From positions 21,152-85,151 of the forward strand of contig JAAMXG010000001.1 in the NCBI GenBank assembly GCA_011754245.1: 64,000 nt of DNA, in the 5' to 3' direction. Source of the stretch: Buchnera aphidicola (Periphyllus aceris). Its GTDB lineage: Bacteria; Pseudomonadota; Gammaproteobacteria; Enterobacterales; Enterobacteriaceae. Shown piece by piece: positions 11,363 to 22,138 of the stretch. Positions within the stretch are counted from its first letter, which is position 1; the number at the start of each line of letters is the position of its first letter. The notes below the pieces were generated by a model, which ran no database searches, was not told the DNA's origin, and saw only the letters and a list, made by a program, of their open reading frames with translations. The position numbers and the translations under genes are program-made.

Positions 11363-11406
11363 TTTTGATGTTATGCAAAAAATTTATCTAATTCATAACA
11401 TCAAAA
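11363..11406 (-). terminator. intrinsic terminator candidate for the aceE-aceF-lpdA operon
   Basis: Perfect 13-bp inverted repeat TTTTGATGTTATG (11363-11375) / CATAACATCAAAA (11394-11406), 18-nt loop. On the - strand it lies about 90 nt downstream of the lpdA stop and is followed by TTTTTAATTT. Confidence 0.55.
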
Positions 11407-11497
11407 AAGAAAAAACAAAATAAAAAAAAAAAAAAAAAATAAATAATCGAAATAAAAAAAACAGAAAGAAAAAAACTAAAAAACGAAATAAAATTAA

Positions 11498-12904
11498 TTA
11501 AACATTTAATAAATCAGTCATAGTTCCTTCAATCATTTTTGATGAAGACTGAATTGATTCATATAAAGTTGGATGAGCATGCATAGTTAAAGAAATATCT
11601 GAAAGATCACAACCCATTTCTATCGCTAAAGTTAATTCTCCTAATAGTTCTCCTGCAGTTCTTCCAACAATTGCACCTCCAACAATTTTATTAGTTAATT
11701 TATCAAAAATTAACTTTGTTATTCCTTTAGAAGAATTTGAAACACATGCTCTTCCTGAAGCAATCCATGGAAATGTTGAGCTTTTATATTGTATTTTATT
11801 TTTTATTAAATCTTTTTCAGTTAATCCAACCCATGCAATTTCAGGATCAGAATAACAAATATTTGGAATTATTTTTGTATCAAAATAATGATTTTTTCCA
11901 GAAATTACTTCAGCAACAATATGACCCTGATAAATTCCTCTATGAGCTAACATTGGATTCCCTGAAACATCGCCAATAGAATAAATTCCAGGAACGTTAG
12001 TACGACATTGATCATCAATAATAATAAATTTTTTATTATCTAATTGCACTCCTACATTATTTAAATTTAAATCATGAATATTAGGAAACCTTCCTATTGA
12101 AACAAGAATAACATCATAATTTATCTTTTTTATAAAATCATCAGTTTTAATTTTCACTGTAATATAATTTTTATTTAATTTAATATTTTCTACACAAGAA
12201 TTTAACATTAAATTAAATTTATCTTGAATTGATTTAATAAAAAAAGAACTAATATCGAGATCAGCTGAAGAAAGTATTGTATCTGAATTTTCAATAATAT
12301 CTACTTTAGAGCCTAAAGAACTATAAATAGTTGCCATTTCTAAACCAATTATTCCTGCACCAATAATTAACATTTTATTAGGTATAAAAGGTAAATTTAC
12401 AGCATCTGAAGAATACCAAATACGCTTATCATGAGAATTTAAACAAGGTAATTTTATAGAACTCGATCCAGTAGCAATAATGACGTTTTTAAAATTAATT
12501 TCTAAATTTTTATTGTTACTTTTAACAAAAATTTTATTTTTATTAACAAAAGACGCAATTCCTTTTACAATTTTAACATTTCTTTTTTTAGACAAAACAT
12601 TTAAACTATTGTTCATTTTTTGAATTAAATTATTTTTCCAAGACTGAATTTTTTTAAAATTAAATTCCGGTTTATTAGTAACTACTTGTAATTTTAAAAA
12701 CTCTCTATATTCTTGTAATACTTTCGAAAAGTGCAACAAAGCTTTAGAAGGAATACAACCCACATTTAAACAAACTCCTCCTAAAACCGAATATTTTTCA
12801 ACTATTAAAGTTTTTACTCCTAAATCAGAAGCACGAAAAGCAGCAGAATATCCTGCTGGACCTCCACCTATAACAACTAAATCTGTATTAATTATATTAT
12901 TCAT
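11498..12904 (-). CDS. lpdA: dihydrolipoyl dehydrogenase (E3 of pyruvate dehydrogenase complex)
   Basis: VVIGGGPAGYSAAFRA FAD motif, redox-active GGVCLNVGCIPSKALL, NAD fold LIIGAGIIGLE, C-terminal HAHPTL. The ORF track start at 12916 is TTG; ATG at 12904 is preferred. Confidence 0.95.
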   Translation of the reverse strand: MNNIINTDLVVIGGGPAGYSAAFRASDLGVKTLIVEKYSVLGGVCLNVGCIPSKALLHFSKVLQEYREFLKLQVVTNKPEFNFKKIQSWKNNLIQKMNNSLNVLSKKRNVKIVKGIASFVNKNKIFVKSNNKNLEINFKNVIIATGSSSIKLPCLNSHDKRIWYSSDAVNLPFIPNKMLIIGAGIIGLEMATIYSSLGSKVDIIENSDTILSSADLDISSFFIKSIQDKFNLMLNSCVENIKLNKNYITVKIKTDDFIKKINYDVILVSIGRFPNIHDLNLNNVGVQLDNKKFIIIDDQCRTNVPGIYSIGDVSGNPMLAHRGIYQGHIVAEVISGKNHYFDTKIIPNICYSDPEIAWVGLTEKDLIKNKIQYKSSTFPWIASGRACVSNSSKGITKLIFDKLTNKIVGGAIVGRTAGELLGELTLAIEMGCDLSDISLTMHAHPTLYESIQSSSKMIEGTMTDLLNV

Positions 12905-12961
12905 TTTTATTTCCAAAAGTTAAAATTATTGATGTAACATTTTATAAAAAATATTTTTTTA

Positions 12962-14218
12962 TTAAAATAATAATCTATGAAATTTAATTAAATTTTTATT
13001 TAAATTTTTTATAAAAATAGCTCCATCAACACCATTAATTACTCTATGATCATAAGATAAAGAAATTGGTAACAATAAACGAGGAATAAAACAATCATTA
13101 TTCCATACCGGCTCAAGATTTGCTCTAGATACTCCTAATATAGCTACTTCTGGAGAATTTATAATAGGTGTAAACTCTCCTACATCAAAATTACCTAAAT
13201 TAGATATAGTAAAACTTCCTTGACTCATTTCATTTAATTTTAATTTATTATCTCTCGATTTGATAGATAAATTAACTAATTCTTCAGAAATGTTTTTTAA
13301 AGATTTTTTATCTACATTTTTTAAAACTGGAACCACTACTCCATCTTTTGTATTAACAGCAATTCCAACATTAATTTCGTTTTTAATAATTATTCTATCT
13401 TTTTTATCATGTAAAGAACTATTAAATTTTTTAAATTTTTTTAAACTGATAGAAATTGCTTTAATAATAAAAGTTAATAAAGTAAACTTAACATTTAAGC
13501 TTTTACACTCATTATTAATTTTATTTCTAAAATTTTCTAATTTAGTAATATCAATTTTTTTAAATTGAGTCACATGAGGAATTTCATTCCAATTTCTAGA
13601 AAAAATTTTACTTGAAATTCTTTGAATTTTACTCAAAAAAATTATATTTTTTGAAGTTTTATCTCTTTCTAATTTAGTATCTTTTAATTTTTCTATAAAA
13701 TTTATATTGTTTTTAATACATAAATCTGATTTTTTATTAGACAATTTTATATAATCTAATACATCTTCCTTTAAAATTCGATTTTTTCTTCCAGTTCCTT
13801 TAATTTTATTTATTGATATTTTTAATTTTCTACATAATCTTTTTATAGAAGGAGAAGCATAAACTAAAACAGAATTTTCTTTATTGAAAGTATTATTAGT
13901 ACTTTCTGAAGTAACAAAAATTTTATTATCTTCTGAATCAGAATTTTTAGAAAATTTTGTATCTATATTATTTTTTTCATTTAATTTAATAGAATTTATA
14001 GACATAATAGAAGAATTTATATGAATAACATCTCCTACTTTAACATAAATATCTTTTACTATGCCTTCATAAGGAGATGGAATTTCAATTGATGCTTTTT
14101 GACCTTCTACAATAATTAATCCTTGATCTAAATTTATTTGATCCATCGGTTTTACTAAAATTTCTATAACTTCTGCTTCATCTATTCCAATATCAGGAAC
14201 TTTTATTATTAAACTCAT
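12962..14218 (-). CDS. aceF: dihydrolipoamide acetyltransferase (E2 of pyruvate dehydrogenase), single lipoyl domain
   Basis: 418 aa. One lipoyl domain (EGQKASIEIPSPYEG), E3-binding domain (ASPSIKRLCRKLKISINKIKGTGRKNRILKEDV), catalytic domain with DHRVINGVDGA. Confidence 0.93.
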   Translation of the reverse strand: MSLIIKVPDIGIDEAEVIEILVKPMDQINLDQGLIIVEGQKASIEIPSPYEGIVKDIYVKVGDVIHINSSIMSINSIKLNEKNNIDTKFSKNSDSEDNKIFVTSESTNNTFNKENSVLVYASPSIKRLCRKLKISINKIKGTGRKNRILKEDVLDYIKLSNKKSDLCIKNNINFIEKLKDTKLERDKTSKNIIFLSKIQRISSKIFSRNWNEIPHVTQFKKIDITKLENFRNKINNECKSLNVKFTLLTFIIKAISISLKKFKKFNSSLHDKKDRIIIKNEINVGIAVNTKDGVVVPVLKNVDKKSLKNISEELVNLSIKSRDNKLKLNEMSQGSFTISNLGNFDVGEFTPIINSPEVAILGVSRANLEPVWNNDCFIPRLLLPISLSYDHRVINGVDGAIFIKNLNKNLIKFHRLLF

Positions 14219-14234
14219 AAATTAATATACACTC

Positions 14235-16898
14235 CTATAACAAACGCGGATTAGTTTTATTTTTTTTTATATTAAATTTTTTTATAGCATCTAAAACAAA
14301 TTGAATATTTATTTTTCCGCATTTAACTAATTCTTCTAAAGCTGCTATAACAATATAATTTTCATTGATTTCAAAATAACTACGAAGATTTTTTCGACTG
14401 TCTGAACGACCGTAACCATCAGTTCCTAAAACTTTGTAAGTAGAAGGGACATATTTTCTAATTTGTTCAGCATATAATTTTATATAATCTGTTGAAGCAA
14501 TAGTAGGATTTTTATTCATAATTGAAGAAACATATGAAATTTTAGGTTTTTTATTAGGATTTAAAAAATTCCAACGATCACAATCTTGCCCTTCTCTTGC
14601 TAGTTCAGTAAAAGAAGTAACACTATAAACATCTGAACCAATATTATATTTTCTAAACAAAATCAATGCAGCTTTTCTTATAATTCTTAAAATTGATCCA
14701 GATCCTAATAACTGCACTGACAAATTTTTTCCAGAAAAACTTTCTAATTTATACATACCTTTGCAAATTCCTTTTTTTATTCCTGAAATTATTCCAGGCA
14801 TATAATAATTTTCATTTGTCGTAGTAATATAATAATAGATATTTTCTTGTTTTTTTCCATACATTCTATCTATACCGTTTTGAATGATTACAGCTAATTC
14901 ATAAGAATATGCTGGATCATAAGAAATACAATTAGGAATTGTTAAAGCATGAATATGACTATGACCATCTTCATGTTGTAATCCCTCACCATTTAAAGTT
15001 GTTCTTCCAGATGTACCTCCTATTAAAAAACCACGTGCTTGTTGATCTCCAGCAGCCCAACATAAATCTCCAATCCTTTGAAAACCAAACATAGAATAAT
15101 AAATATAAAATGGGATCATTGGAAAATTATTTGTACTATATGAAGTTGCAGCAGCTAACCAAGATGCAGCAGCGCCTAATTCATTAATTCCTTCTTGTAA
15201 TATCTGACCATTTTTTTCTTCTTTATAATAAGACAACAAATCTTTATCTTGAGCTACATATTTTTGTCCATTTAAATTATATATTCCAATTTTTCTAAAT
15301 AAACCTTCCATTCCAAATGTTCTCGCTTCATCTGCAACAATTGGAACTATCCTGTTACAAATTGTTTTATTATTTAATAAAATATATAAAATTCTCACAA
15401 AAGCAATTGTGGTAGAAATTTTTCTTCTTTGCTCAATTAAAACAGACTGAAAATCTTCTAAACTTGGAATTGAAAATTTTTCAGAAAAATTATGAATTCG
15501 TTCTGGAACATATCCACCTAATTTTTTTCTTTGATTATGAAGATAATTGTATTCTTCAGAAGATTTTTTAAAAGATATATAAGGAAGTTTTTTTAAATCT
15601 TTATCTAAAATAGGTATTTTTAAATTATCTTTAATATTTTTAATATCTTGTAAACTAATTTTTTTAACTTGATGAGCAATATTATTACCAGCAATATTTT
15701 TTCCCATTCCATATCCTTTAATTGTATGAAAAAATACTACTACAGGTTTTTTTTTAATACTCTTTGCTTTTCTTAATGCAGAATAAATTTTTTTGTAATC
15801 ATGACCTCCTCTATTCAAATTCCAAATCTCGTCATCAGTCATATTTTTAACTAAATCTAAAGTTTCTTTATATTTTCCAAAAAAATTTTTTCTAATATAA
15901 GCTCCATTTTTCGATTTAAATGTTTGATAATCTCCATCAACTGTTTCATTCATTAATTGAATTAGTTTTCCACTTTTATCTCTTTTTAATAATTCATCCC
16001 ATCTACTTCCCCAAATAACTTTAATTGTTTTCCATCCAGCGCCTAAAAATAAGCTTTCTAATTCATTAATAATTTTTCCATTACCTATAACAGGACCATC
16101 TAATCTTTGTAAATTACAATTAATTATAAAAATTAAATTATCTAATTTTTCACGTACTGCAATATTAATAGCTCCTTTGGATTCAGGCTCATCCATTTCT
16201 CCATCACCTAAAAATACATACACTGTTCGATTTTTAGTATTTTTTAAACCTCTATTTTGTAAATATTTTAAAAATTTTGCTTGATAAATTGAACAAATTG
16301 ATCCAAGACCCATAGAAACTGTAGGAAATTGCCAAAAATTTGGCATTAATTTTGGATGAGGATAAGAAGATAAACCATCTCCATTAACTTCTTGTCTAAA
16401 ATTGTCTATTTTATTTTTAGATATTCTTCCTTCTAAAAAAGCTCGAGAATAAATTCCAGGAGAAATATGTCCTTGAAAATAAATTAAATCTCCTAAATTT
16501 AAATTATTATTTGCTAAAAAAAAATGATTAAAACATACTTCATAAATTATAGAAGAAGACTGAAAAGATGATAAATGTCCCCCCAATTCTAATTCTTTTT
16601 TAGATGCTTTTAACACCATCATGATTGCGTTCCAACGTACTGCAGAACAAATTCTTTTTTCTAATTTTAAATTACCCGGATAATTCTCTTCATTCTCTAA
16701 TGGTATTGTATTGATATAATCAGAAAAATATTTTTTATTATTTAAAATATTTAATTCTTTATATTCTTTTATAATTTTATTAATTAAAAAATTTCCTCTC
16801 TTACTTCCATCTCTTTTTATTACAGAATTTATTGAATCTAACCAATCTTTTGTTTCTATAGGATCTATATCAATGTCTTTATAATCATATTTAGACAT
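14235..16898 (-). CDS. aceE: pyruvate dehydrogenase E1 component
   Basis: 887 aa, same length class as E. coli AceE. GGHLSSFQSS, GDGEMDEPES ThDP motif, HEDGHSH. AAGGAG Shine-Dalgarno 6 nt upstream of ATG. TAG stop. Confidence 0.96.
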   Translation of the reverse strand: MSKYDYKDIDIDPIETKDWLDSINSVIKRDGSKRGNFLINKIIKEYKELNILNNKKYFSDYINTIPLENEENYPGNLKLEKRICSAVRWNAIMMVLKASKKELELGGHLSSFQSSSIIYEVCFNHFFLANNNLNLGDLIYFQGHISPGIYSRAFLEGRISKNKIDNFRQEVNGDGLSSYPHPKLMPNFWQFPTVSMGLGSICSIYQAKFLKYLQNRGLKNTKNRTVYVFLGDGEMDEPESKGAINIAVREKLDNLIFIINCNLQRLDGPVIGNGKIINELESLFLGAGWKTIKVIWGSRWDELLKRDKSGKLIQLMNETVDGDYQTFKSKNGAYIRKNFFGKYKETLDLVKNMTDDEIWNLNRGGHDYKKIYSALRKAKSIKKKPVVVFFHTIKGYGMGKNIAGNNIAHQVKKISLQDIKNIKDNLKIPILDKDLKKLPYISFKKSSEEYNYLHNQRKKLGGYVPERIHNFSEKFSIPSLEDFQSVLIEQRRKISTTIAFVRILYILLNNKTICNRIVPIVADEARTFGMEGLFRKIGIYNLNGQKYVAQDKDLLSYYKEEKNGQILQEGINELGAAASWLAAATSYSTNNFPMIPFYIYYSMFGFQRIGDLCWAAGDQQARGFLIGGTSGRTTLNGEGLQHEDGHSHIHALTIPNCISYDPAYSYELAVIIQNGIDRMYGKKQENIYYYITTTNENYYMPGIISGIKKGICKGMYKLESFSGKNLSVQLLGSGSILRIIRKAALILFRKYNIGSDVYSVTSFTELAREGQDCDRWNFLNPNKKPKISYVSSIMNKNPTIASTDYIKLYAEQIRKYVPSTYKVLGTDGYGRSDSRKNLRSYFEINENYIVIAALEELVKCGKINIQFVLDAIKKFNIKKNKTNPRLL

Positions 16899-17423
16899 AG
16901 AGTACTCCTTATTTTTTTATTTAAAAAAAATAAACTATTGTTAAAAAAATTTTAAATCTATATTTCTAAATAAATCATATTTTTATAAAAAATCAAGAAA
17001 CATATATTTTTTATTTTATCAAAAAAATAAATTATCTTTATATTATTTAAAAAAAATTTAATTAAATTTTTTTTTAAAAAAAATTTAAAAAAAATGATAA
17101 ATTTTTTATAAAAGAAAGTATTAAAAATTCGTTTAAAAAAATAATTTTTCAAATATAAATTTTATAAAATTTTTTATTATCTTAAAAAAAAATAAAAGTT
17201 TAAATTAAATATTTTAAAATTTTTTCTATAAAAAAATAAAAAATACAAAATTTTTTACAAATTTTTTAAATATATAAAAAATATTTTAAAAAATTTATAT
17301 TTTTTAAAAATGTAATATGTAATTAAAAATATAAAATATTTAAAAAAATTATATAAAATTAAAAATAATATTTTTTTTATAAAATATAAATTCATAAAAT
17401 TTTATATCATATATAAATTTTTT

Positions 17424-20144
17424 TTACTTTAAAAAACCATGACAATGTTTATATTTTTTTCCAGAATTACATGAACATAATGAATTTCTAGAAAAAGAAA
17501 AATTTTTATCATTTAAATGATAAGAATAATCAAAATTAATATTCGTGTTTTTCTTTAAAAATCTTCTTGCTTTTTTCAAATATTTAGGATTAATAGAAAA
17601 TTTATAATCAACCTCTTTACTTCCATACGGATCAAAATTAGAAAAACTTATACGACTTAATTGTAAAATAACTTCATATTTTAAAGACTCTAACATATTT
17701 GAAAAAATAATAAAAGATTCTCTTTTATACTCTAATTTAGGATCTTTTTGAGCATATCCTCTTAAATGTATTCCTTGCCTTAAATATTCCATTTCAGATA
17801 AATGTTCTTGCCAAAAAAAATCTAATTTTTTTAACATAATTGATTTTTCTATATTTCTCATATTTTCGGAACCAATTAAATGCTCTTTAATAAAATAATT
17901 TATGTTAAATTTTTCTAATATTTTGTCTAATATATAAGATTTAATTTTATTATTTTCAATTTTAGAAAAATTTAAAAATTGTACGTTCATTTTAAATTTT
18001 TTCAATAAATATTTTTCTAATCGTATGAAACTTTTTTTTCTTTTATTTAAGTCCTCTATATCTAAAAATTTATTAATCACTAATAAAAACACATCTTTTG
18101 AAATAATTTTTATTGTTTTACTAATTTCGTTTCTATTAATTAAAATATTTCTTTGTTTATAAACAACTTTTCTTTGTTCATCAATAATATTATCATATTC
18201 TAAAAGTTGTTTACGAATATCAAAATTCATATTTTCTACTTTTTTTTGAGCATTAGAAATAGCTATATTCACTAAAGAATTTTCAATAGAATCTCCATAC
18301 TTCATGCCAAATGTTCTCATTATTGTTATTAATTTTTTCGAAGCAAAAATTCTCATTAGAGAATCTTCCATTGATACATAAAATCTAGAAGAACCAATAT
18401 CTCCTTGACGACCTGATCTTCCTCTTAGTTGATTATCTATTCTCCTGGATTCATGCCTTTCTGTTCCAATTACATGTAATCCTCCAACTGACAAAACTAA
18501 TCTATGATCTTTCTTCCATTTCTTATTTTCAAAAAAAAATTTTCTTTTAAAAATTTTTTCTGAATTATGTTTTTTTAATTGATCCTCGAAATACCCTCCT
18601 AAAATAATATCTGTTCCTCTACCAGCCATATTTGTTGCAATTGTAACAGCACCTAACTGACCAGCTTGAGAAATAATTTCTGCTTCTTTTTTATCAAACT
18701 TTGCATTCAAAACATTGTGTTTAATTTGTAATTTTAATAAAATATTTGAAATAATTTCAGATTTTTCAATTGAAACTGTACCAACTAAAACTGGTTGTTT
18801 TCTTAAATAACATCTTTGAATATCTTTGACAATTGCTTCAATTTTTTCTTTTTCAGTTAAATAAACTAAATCTGAATAATCTTTTCTAATCATAGGTTTA
18901 TTTGTTGGTATGACAACAGTATCTAAATTATAAATAGTTCTAAATTCATAAGATTCAGTATATGCAGTTCCAGTCATTCCTGATAATTTTTTATATAACC
19001 TAAAGTAATTTTGAAACGTAATTGACGCTAACGTTTTATTTTCATTTTTTATTAATAAATTTTCTTTTGCTTCAATCGCTTGATGTATCCCGTCGGACCA
19101 ACGTCTACCTTGCATAACCCTTCCAGTATGCTCATCTACTATAACAATTTCTTTATTTTTTACTAAATAATCAACATCTTTTATAAATAATCTATGAGCC
19201 TTTAATGCTGATGTAATATAATGTAATAACTTAATATTCTTTGAAGAATATAAAGATTCTTTCTTATCCATAATTTTTCTTTCTACTAATATTTTTTCTA
19301 TTTTTATTAATCCTCTCTCTGTTAAATATACTTGTTTAGACTTTTCATCCAAAAAAAAATCTCCAGATCCTGCAGAATCTTCTGTATCTTCTGAATTTTG
19401 TTGAATTAAATTTTTAATAATTTTATTAATATGTACATACAATTTAGAATAATCATCTTCTTCTCCAGAAATTATTAAAGGAGTTCGAGATTCATCAATC
19501 AAAATTGAATCTACTTCATCAATCAAAGCATAATTCAATCCTCTCTGAACTTGATTTTTTTTTGATAAAACCATATTATCCCTTAAATAATCAAAACCAA
19601 ATTCATTATTTGTTCCATAAGTAATATCTGAATTATAAGCTTTTTTCTTAGAAGAAATTGATAAATCTGGTAAATTTAATCCTACAGTTAATCCTAAAAA
19701 TTCAAACAAAGATTTATTTTTCTTCGAATCTCTTTGAGATAAATAATCGTTCATAGTGATGATATGAACTCCTTTACCTAATAACGCATTTAAATATGCA
19801 GGTAAAGTAGAAGTTAATGTTTTACCTTCACCAGTTTTCATTTCTGCTACGCACTGATTATTTAAAACAATTCCTCCTAATATTTGAGAATCAAAATGAC
19901 GTAATCCAAAAATTCTCTTACTAGCTTCTCGAACAGTAGCATATGCTTCCACTAATAAGTTATCTAAAGATTCTTTATTTTGGAGTCGTTTTTTAAAAAT
20001 TTTTGTTTGTTTTTGTAATTTTTCATCAGTAAAATTTTTATAAATTTTTTCTAAACTGTTAATTTTTTCTACTATTAAATTTAATTTCATCAAAATTCTA
20101 TCATTTCTATTACTAAAAATTTTTTTAAAAAAATTAAAAAACAT
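17424..20144 (-). CDS. secA: preprotein translocase ATPase SecA
   Basis: 906 aa. N-terminus FGSRNDR-like ([12 protein letters not shown]), Walker [41 protein letters not shown]-terminal zinc motif [14 protein letters not shown]. Confidence 0.97.
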   Translation of the reverse strand: MFFNFFKKIFSNRNDRILMKLNLIVEKINSLEKIYKNFTDEKLQKQTKIFKKRLQNKESLDNLLVEAYATVREASKRIFGLRHFDSQILGGIVLNNQCVAEMKTGEGKTLTSTLPAYLNALLGKGVHIITMNDYLSQRDSKKNKSLFEFLGLTVGLNLPDLSISSKKKAYNSDITYGTNNEFGFDYLRDNMVLSKKNQVQRGLNYALIDEVDSILIDESRTPLIISGEEDDYSKLYVHINKIIKNLIQQNSEDTEDSAGSGDFFLDEKSKQVYLTERGLIKIEKILVERKIMDKKESLYSSKNIKLLHYITSALKAHRLFIKDVDYLVKNKEIVIVDEHTGRVMQGRRWSDGIHQAIEAKENLLIKNENKTLASITFQNYFRLYKKLSGMTGTAYTESYEFRTIYNLDTVVIPTNKPMIRKDYSDLVYLTEKEKIEAIVKDIQRCYLRKQPVLVGTVSIEKSEIISNILLKLQIKHNVLNAKFDKKEAEIISQAGQLGAVTIATNMAGRGTDIILGGYFEDQLKKHNSEKIFKRKFFFENKKWKKDHRLVLSVGGLHVIGTERHESRRIDNQLRGRSGRQGDIGSSRFYVSMEDSLMRIFASKKLITIMRTFGMKYGDSIENSLVNIAISNAQKKVENMNFDIRKQLLEYDNIIDEQRKVVYKQRNILINRNEISKTIKIISKDVFLLVINKFLDIEDLNKRKKSFIRLEKYLLKKFKMNVQFLNFSKIENNKIKSYILDKILEKFNINYFIKEHLIGSENMRNIEKSIMLKKLDFFWQEHLSEMEYLRQGIHLRGYAQKDPKLEYKRESFIIFSNMLESLKYEVILQLSRISFSNFDPYGSKEVDYKFSINPKYLKKARRFLKKNTNINFDYSYHLNDKNFSFSRNSLCSCNSGKKYKHCHGFLK

Positions 20145-20461
20145 ATTTCTTCTCTTTTATTAAAATGTTAAATAAAATACTAAAAAATTATTATCATGAA
20201 TTTATAAAATTAATTAAATAATTAAATATATAAAATAAATTTATTAATTTATACAATTCAAAAATTATAAATATATATTAATTTTAAAAAATTTATAAAA
20301 AATATTACAAAACAGAAAAAATTATATTCTCTATAAATCTATTTTATTAAATATAAATAAAACATTTAAAATTTTGATTATTAAAAATATAAAAATGTGT
20401 AAACTACAAAAAAAATATAATATTTTAATTTTTATAATTAATATTTATATAAATACAAAAA

Positions 20462-21241
20462 TTAAAAATAGTCTAAATTTCTATTAAATATTTTAAAACG
20501 TTTTGGATATTCTACAGACAATAAATACAAACCATTAGCTAAAGCAGTAGGTCCAGAAAAAATTCTATTTTTTAAATGCAAAACCTTAAAAAGCCATAGT
20601 TCATTTTTTTTATTTCTACCTATTTCAATTAAACATCCAACAATGTTTCTAACCATTTTATATAAAAAAGAATTTGCAGTAATATCAATTATTATAAAAA
20701 AATTATTTTTTTTATATACTTTAATCTTAAAAATATTTCTCCAAGAACTATAAGATTGACATTTAGATGCTCTAAAAGAAGAAAAATCATTTTCTCCTAA
20801 TAAAAATTTACTTGCACGATTCATCTTTTTTACATTTAAATTAAAAAAAATATTATTTACTCTATTTCTTAATAAAGCAGACCTTATAAAATTGTTATAT
20901 ATAATATAACGATAACTTCTTGAAATCGCAGAATATCGAGCATGAAAATCTTGTAAAACATTTTTAATCCATTTTATAGAAATATCTTTAGGTAATAAAC
21001 TATTTATACCAATTAACCATGTAAAATTTTTTCTATAAGTACAAGTTTCAAAATGTATAACCTGATTATATGCATGTACTCCAGAATCAGTTCTTCCTGC
21101 ACATATTACTGAAATTTTATGATTTGCTATTCTAGATATCGCAGATTCTAACTTTTCTTTAATAGAATAACCTTTAATTTGACTTTCCCATCCATAATAT
21201 TTACTACCATCATATTCTACACCTAAAGCTAATTTAATCAT
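20462..21241 (-). CDS. truA: tRNA pseudouridine(38-40) synthase
   Basis: 259 aa. MIKLALGVEYDGSKYYGWESQ and catalytic GRTDSGVHA motif of TruA. Confidence 0.92.
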   Translation of the reverse strand: MIKLALGVEYDGSKYYGWESQIKGYSIKEKLESAISRIANHKISVICAGRTDSGVHAYNQVIHFETCTYRKNFTWLIGINSLLPKDISIKWIKNVLQDFHARYSAISRSYRYIIYNNFIRSALLRNRVNNIFFNLNVKKMNRASKFLLGENDFSSFRASKCQSYSSWRNIFKIKVYKKNNFFIIIDITANSFLYKMVRNIVGCLIEIGRNKKNELWLFKVLHLKNRIFSGPTALANGLYLLSVEYPKRFKIFNRNLDYF

Positions 21242-21510
21242 ATTTTTAAACCATTCTATTATAAATATTTTAATAATTTCTATGTAACATTATTCAAAGT
21301 AAAAATTTTATATATTATAAATTAAAAAAAAATACTATTAAAATAATTTGTTTTTCAAAAGAAATAAAAAATCAAAAATTCTAAAAAAAATATTTAATTT
21401 CATATTACGAACATCTCATGTATATTATAAAATCTATATATTGATATAGTTTTTTTATTTTTTTTTATTCTATTAAAAAAAAAAAAAAAACTATGTTAAG
21501 GAAAAATATT

Positions 21511-21963
21511 ATGTATAAAAATAAAAATAAAAAAAACACTTCTTTAAGTATTCTTTCTATTGCAGGCGTATGTTCATATATAAAAAAAAAAAATGAAAAA
21601 TATATGAATGAAAATCAAATCTCACATTTCAAGAAAATTCTTGAAACATGGAAAAAACAATTAAATAAAAATAAAAAAGATTTATATTATATGTCAAAAA
21701 AATCTTCTAATTTTCCTGATCCAATCGATCGAGCAGTTCAAGAAGAAGAATTTAGTTTAGAATTAAGAAAACGAGATAGAGAAAACAAATTAATAAAAAA
21801 AATTAATATTACTTTAAAAAAAATTCAAAATAAAAATTTTGGATACTGTTCTACTTGTGGAGTAGAAATAGGTATTAAAAGATTAGAAGCCAGACCTACT
21901 GCTCATTTATGTATAGATTGTCAAACATTAGAAGAAATAAGAGATAAACAAATGCTCGGATAA
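21511..21963 (+). CDS. dksA: RNA polymerase-binding transcription factor DksA
   Basis: [11 protein letters not shown]...[21 protein letters not shown] aligns with the E. coli DksA N-terminus. C4 zinc finger [28 protein letters not shown] 21511 has AAGGA 8 nt upstream and matches E. coli length; an upstream in-frame ATG at 21493 is an alternative. Confidence 0.92.
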   Translation: MYKNKNKKNTSLSILSIAGVCSYIKKKNEKYMNENQISHFKKILETWKKQLNKNKKDLYYMSKKSSNFPDPIDRAVQEEEFSLELRKRDRENKLIKKINITLKKIQNKNFGYCSTCGVEIGIKRLEARPTAHLCIDCQTLEEIRDKQMLG

Positions 21964-21979
21964 ATTTTACAAAAAATAA

Positions 21980-22015
21980 GATAGTGAAAGAGATATAATT
22001 ATCCACTTCACTATC
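21980..22015 (+). terminator. weak hairpin downstream of dksA (possible attenuating terminator before pcnB)
   Basis: GATAGTGAA (21980-21988) pairs with TTCACTATC (22007-22015), 18-nt loop. The following sequence is only moderately T-rich. Confidence 0.35.
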
Positions 22016-22138
22016 GTTAATAAATTTTTAAAATATTAAGAATTATAATGTTTTATATTTTTAATTTATTAAAAAATATTAACAAAATATATAAATATTT
22101 ACTTAATAAAACAAATACTTTTACTGTAAATAAATCAT

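Noticed and set aside
16958-17152. 64-aa ORF in the aceE-secA spacer
   Set aside because: The sequence is pure Phe/Lys/Ile/Asn low complexity with no SD and no recognisable family. It is most likely chance, although I cannot exclude a remnant.
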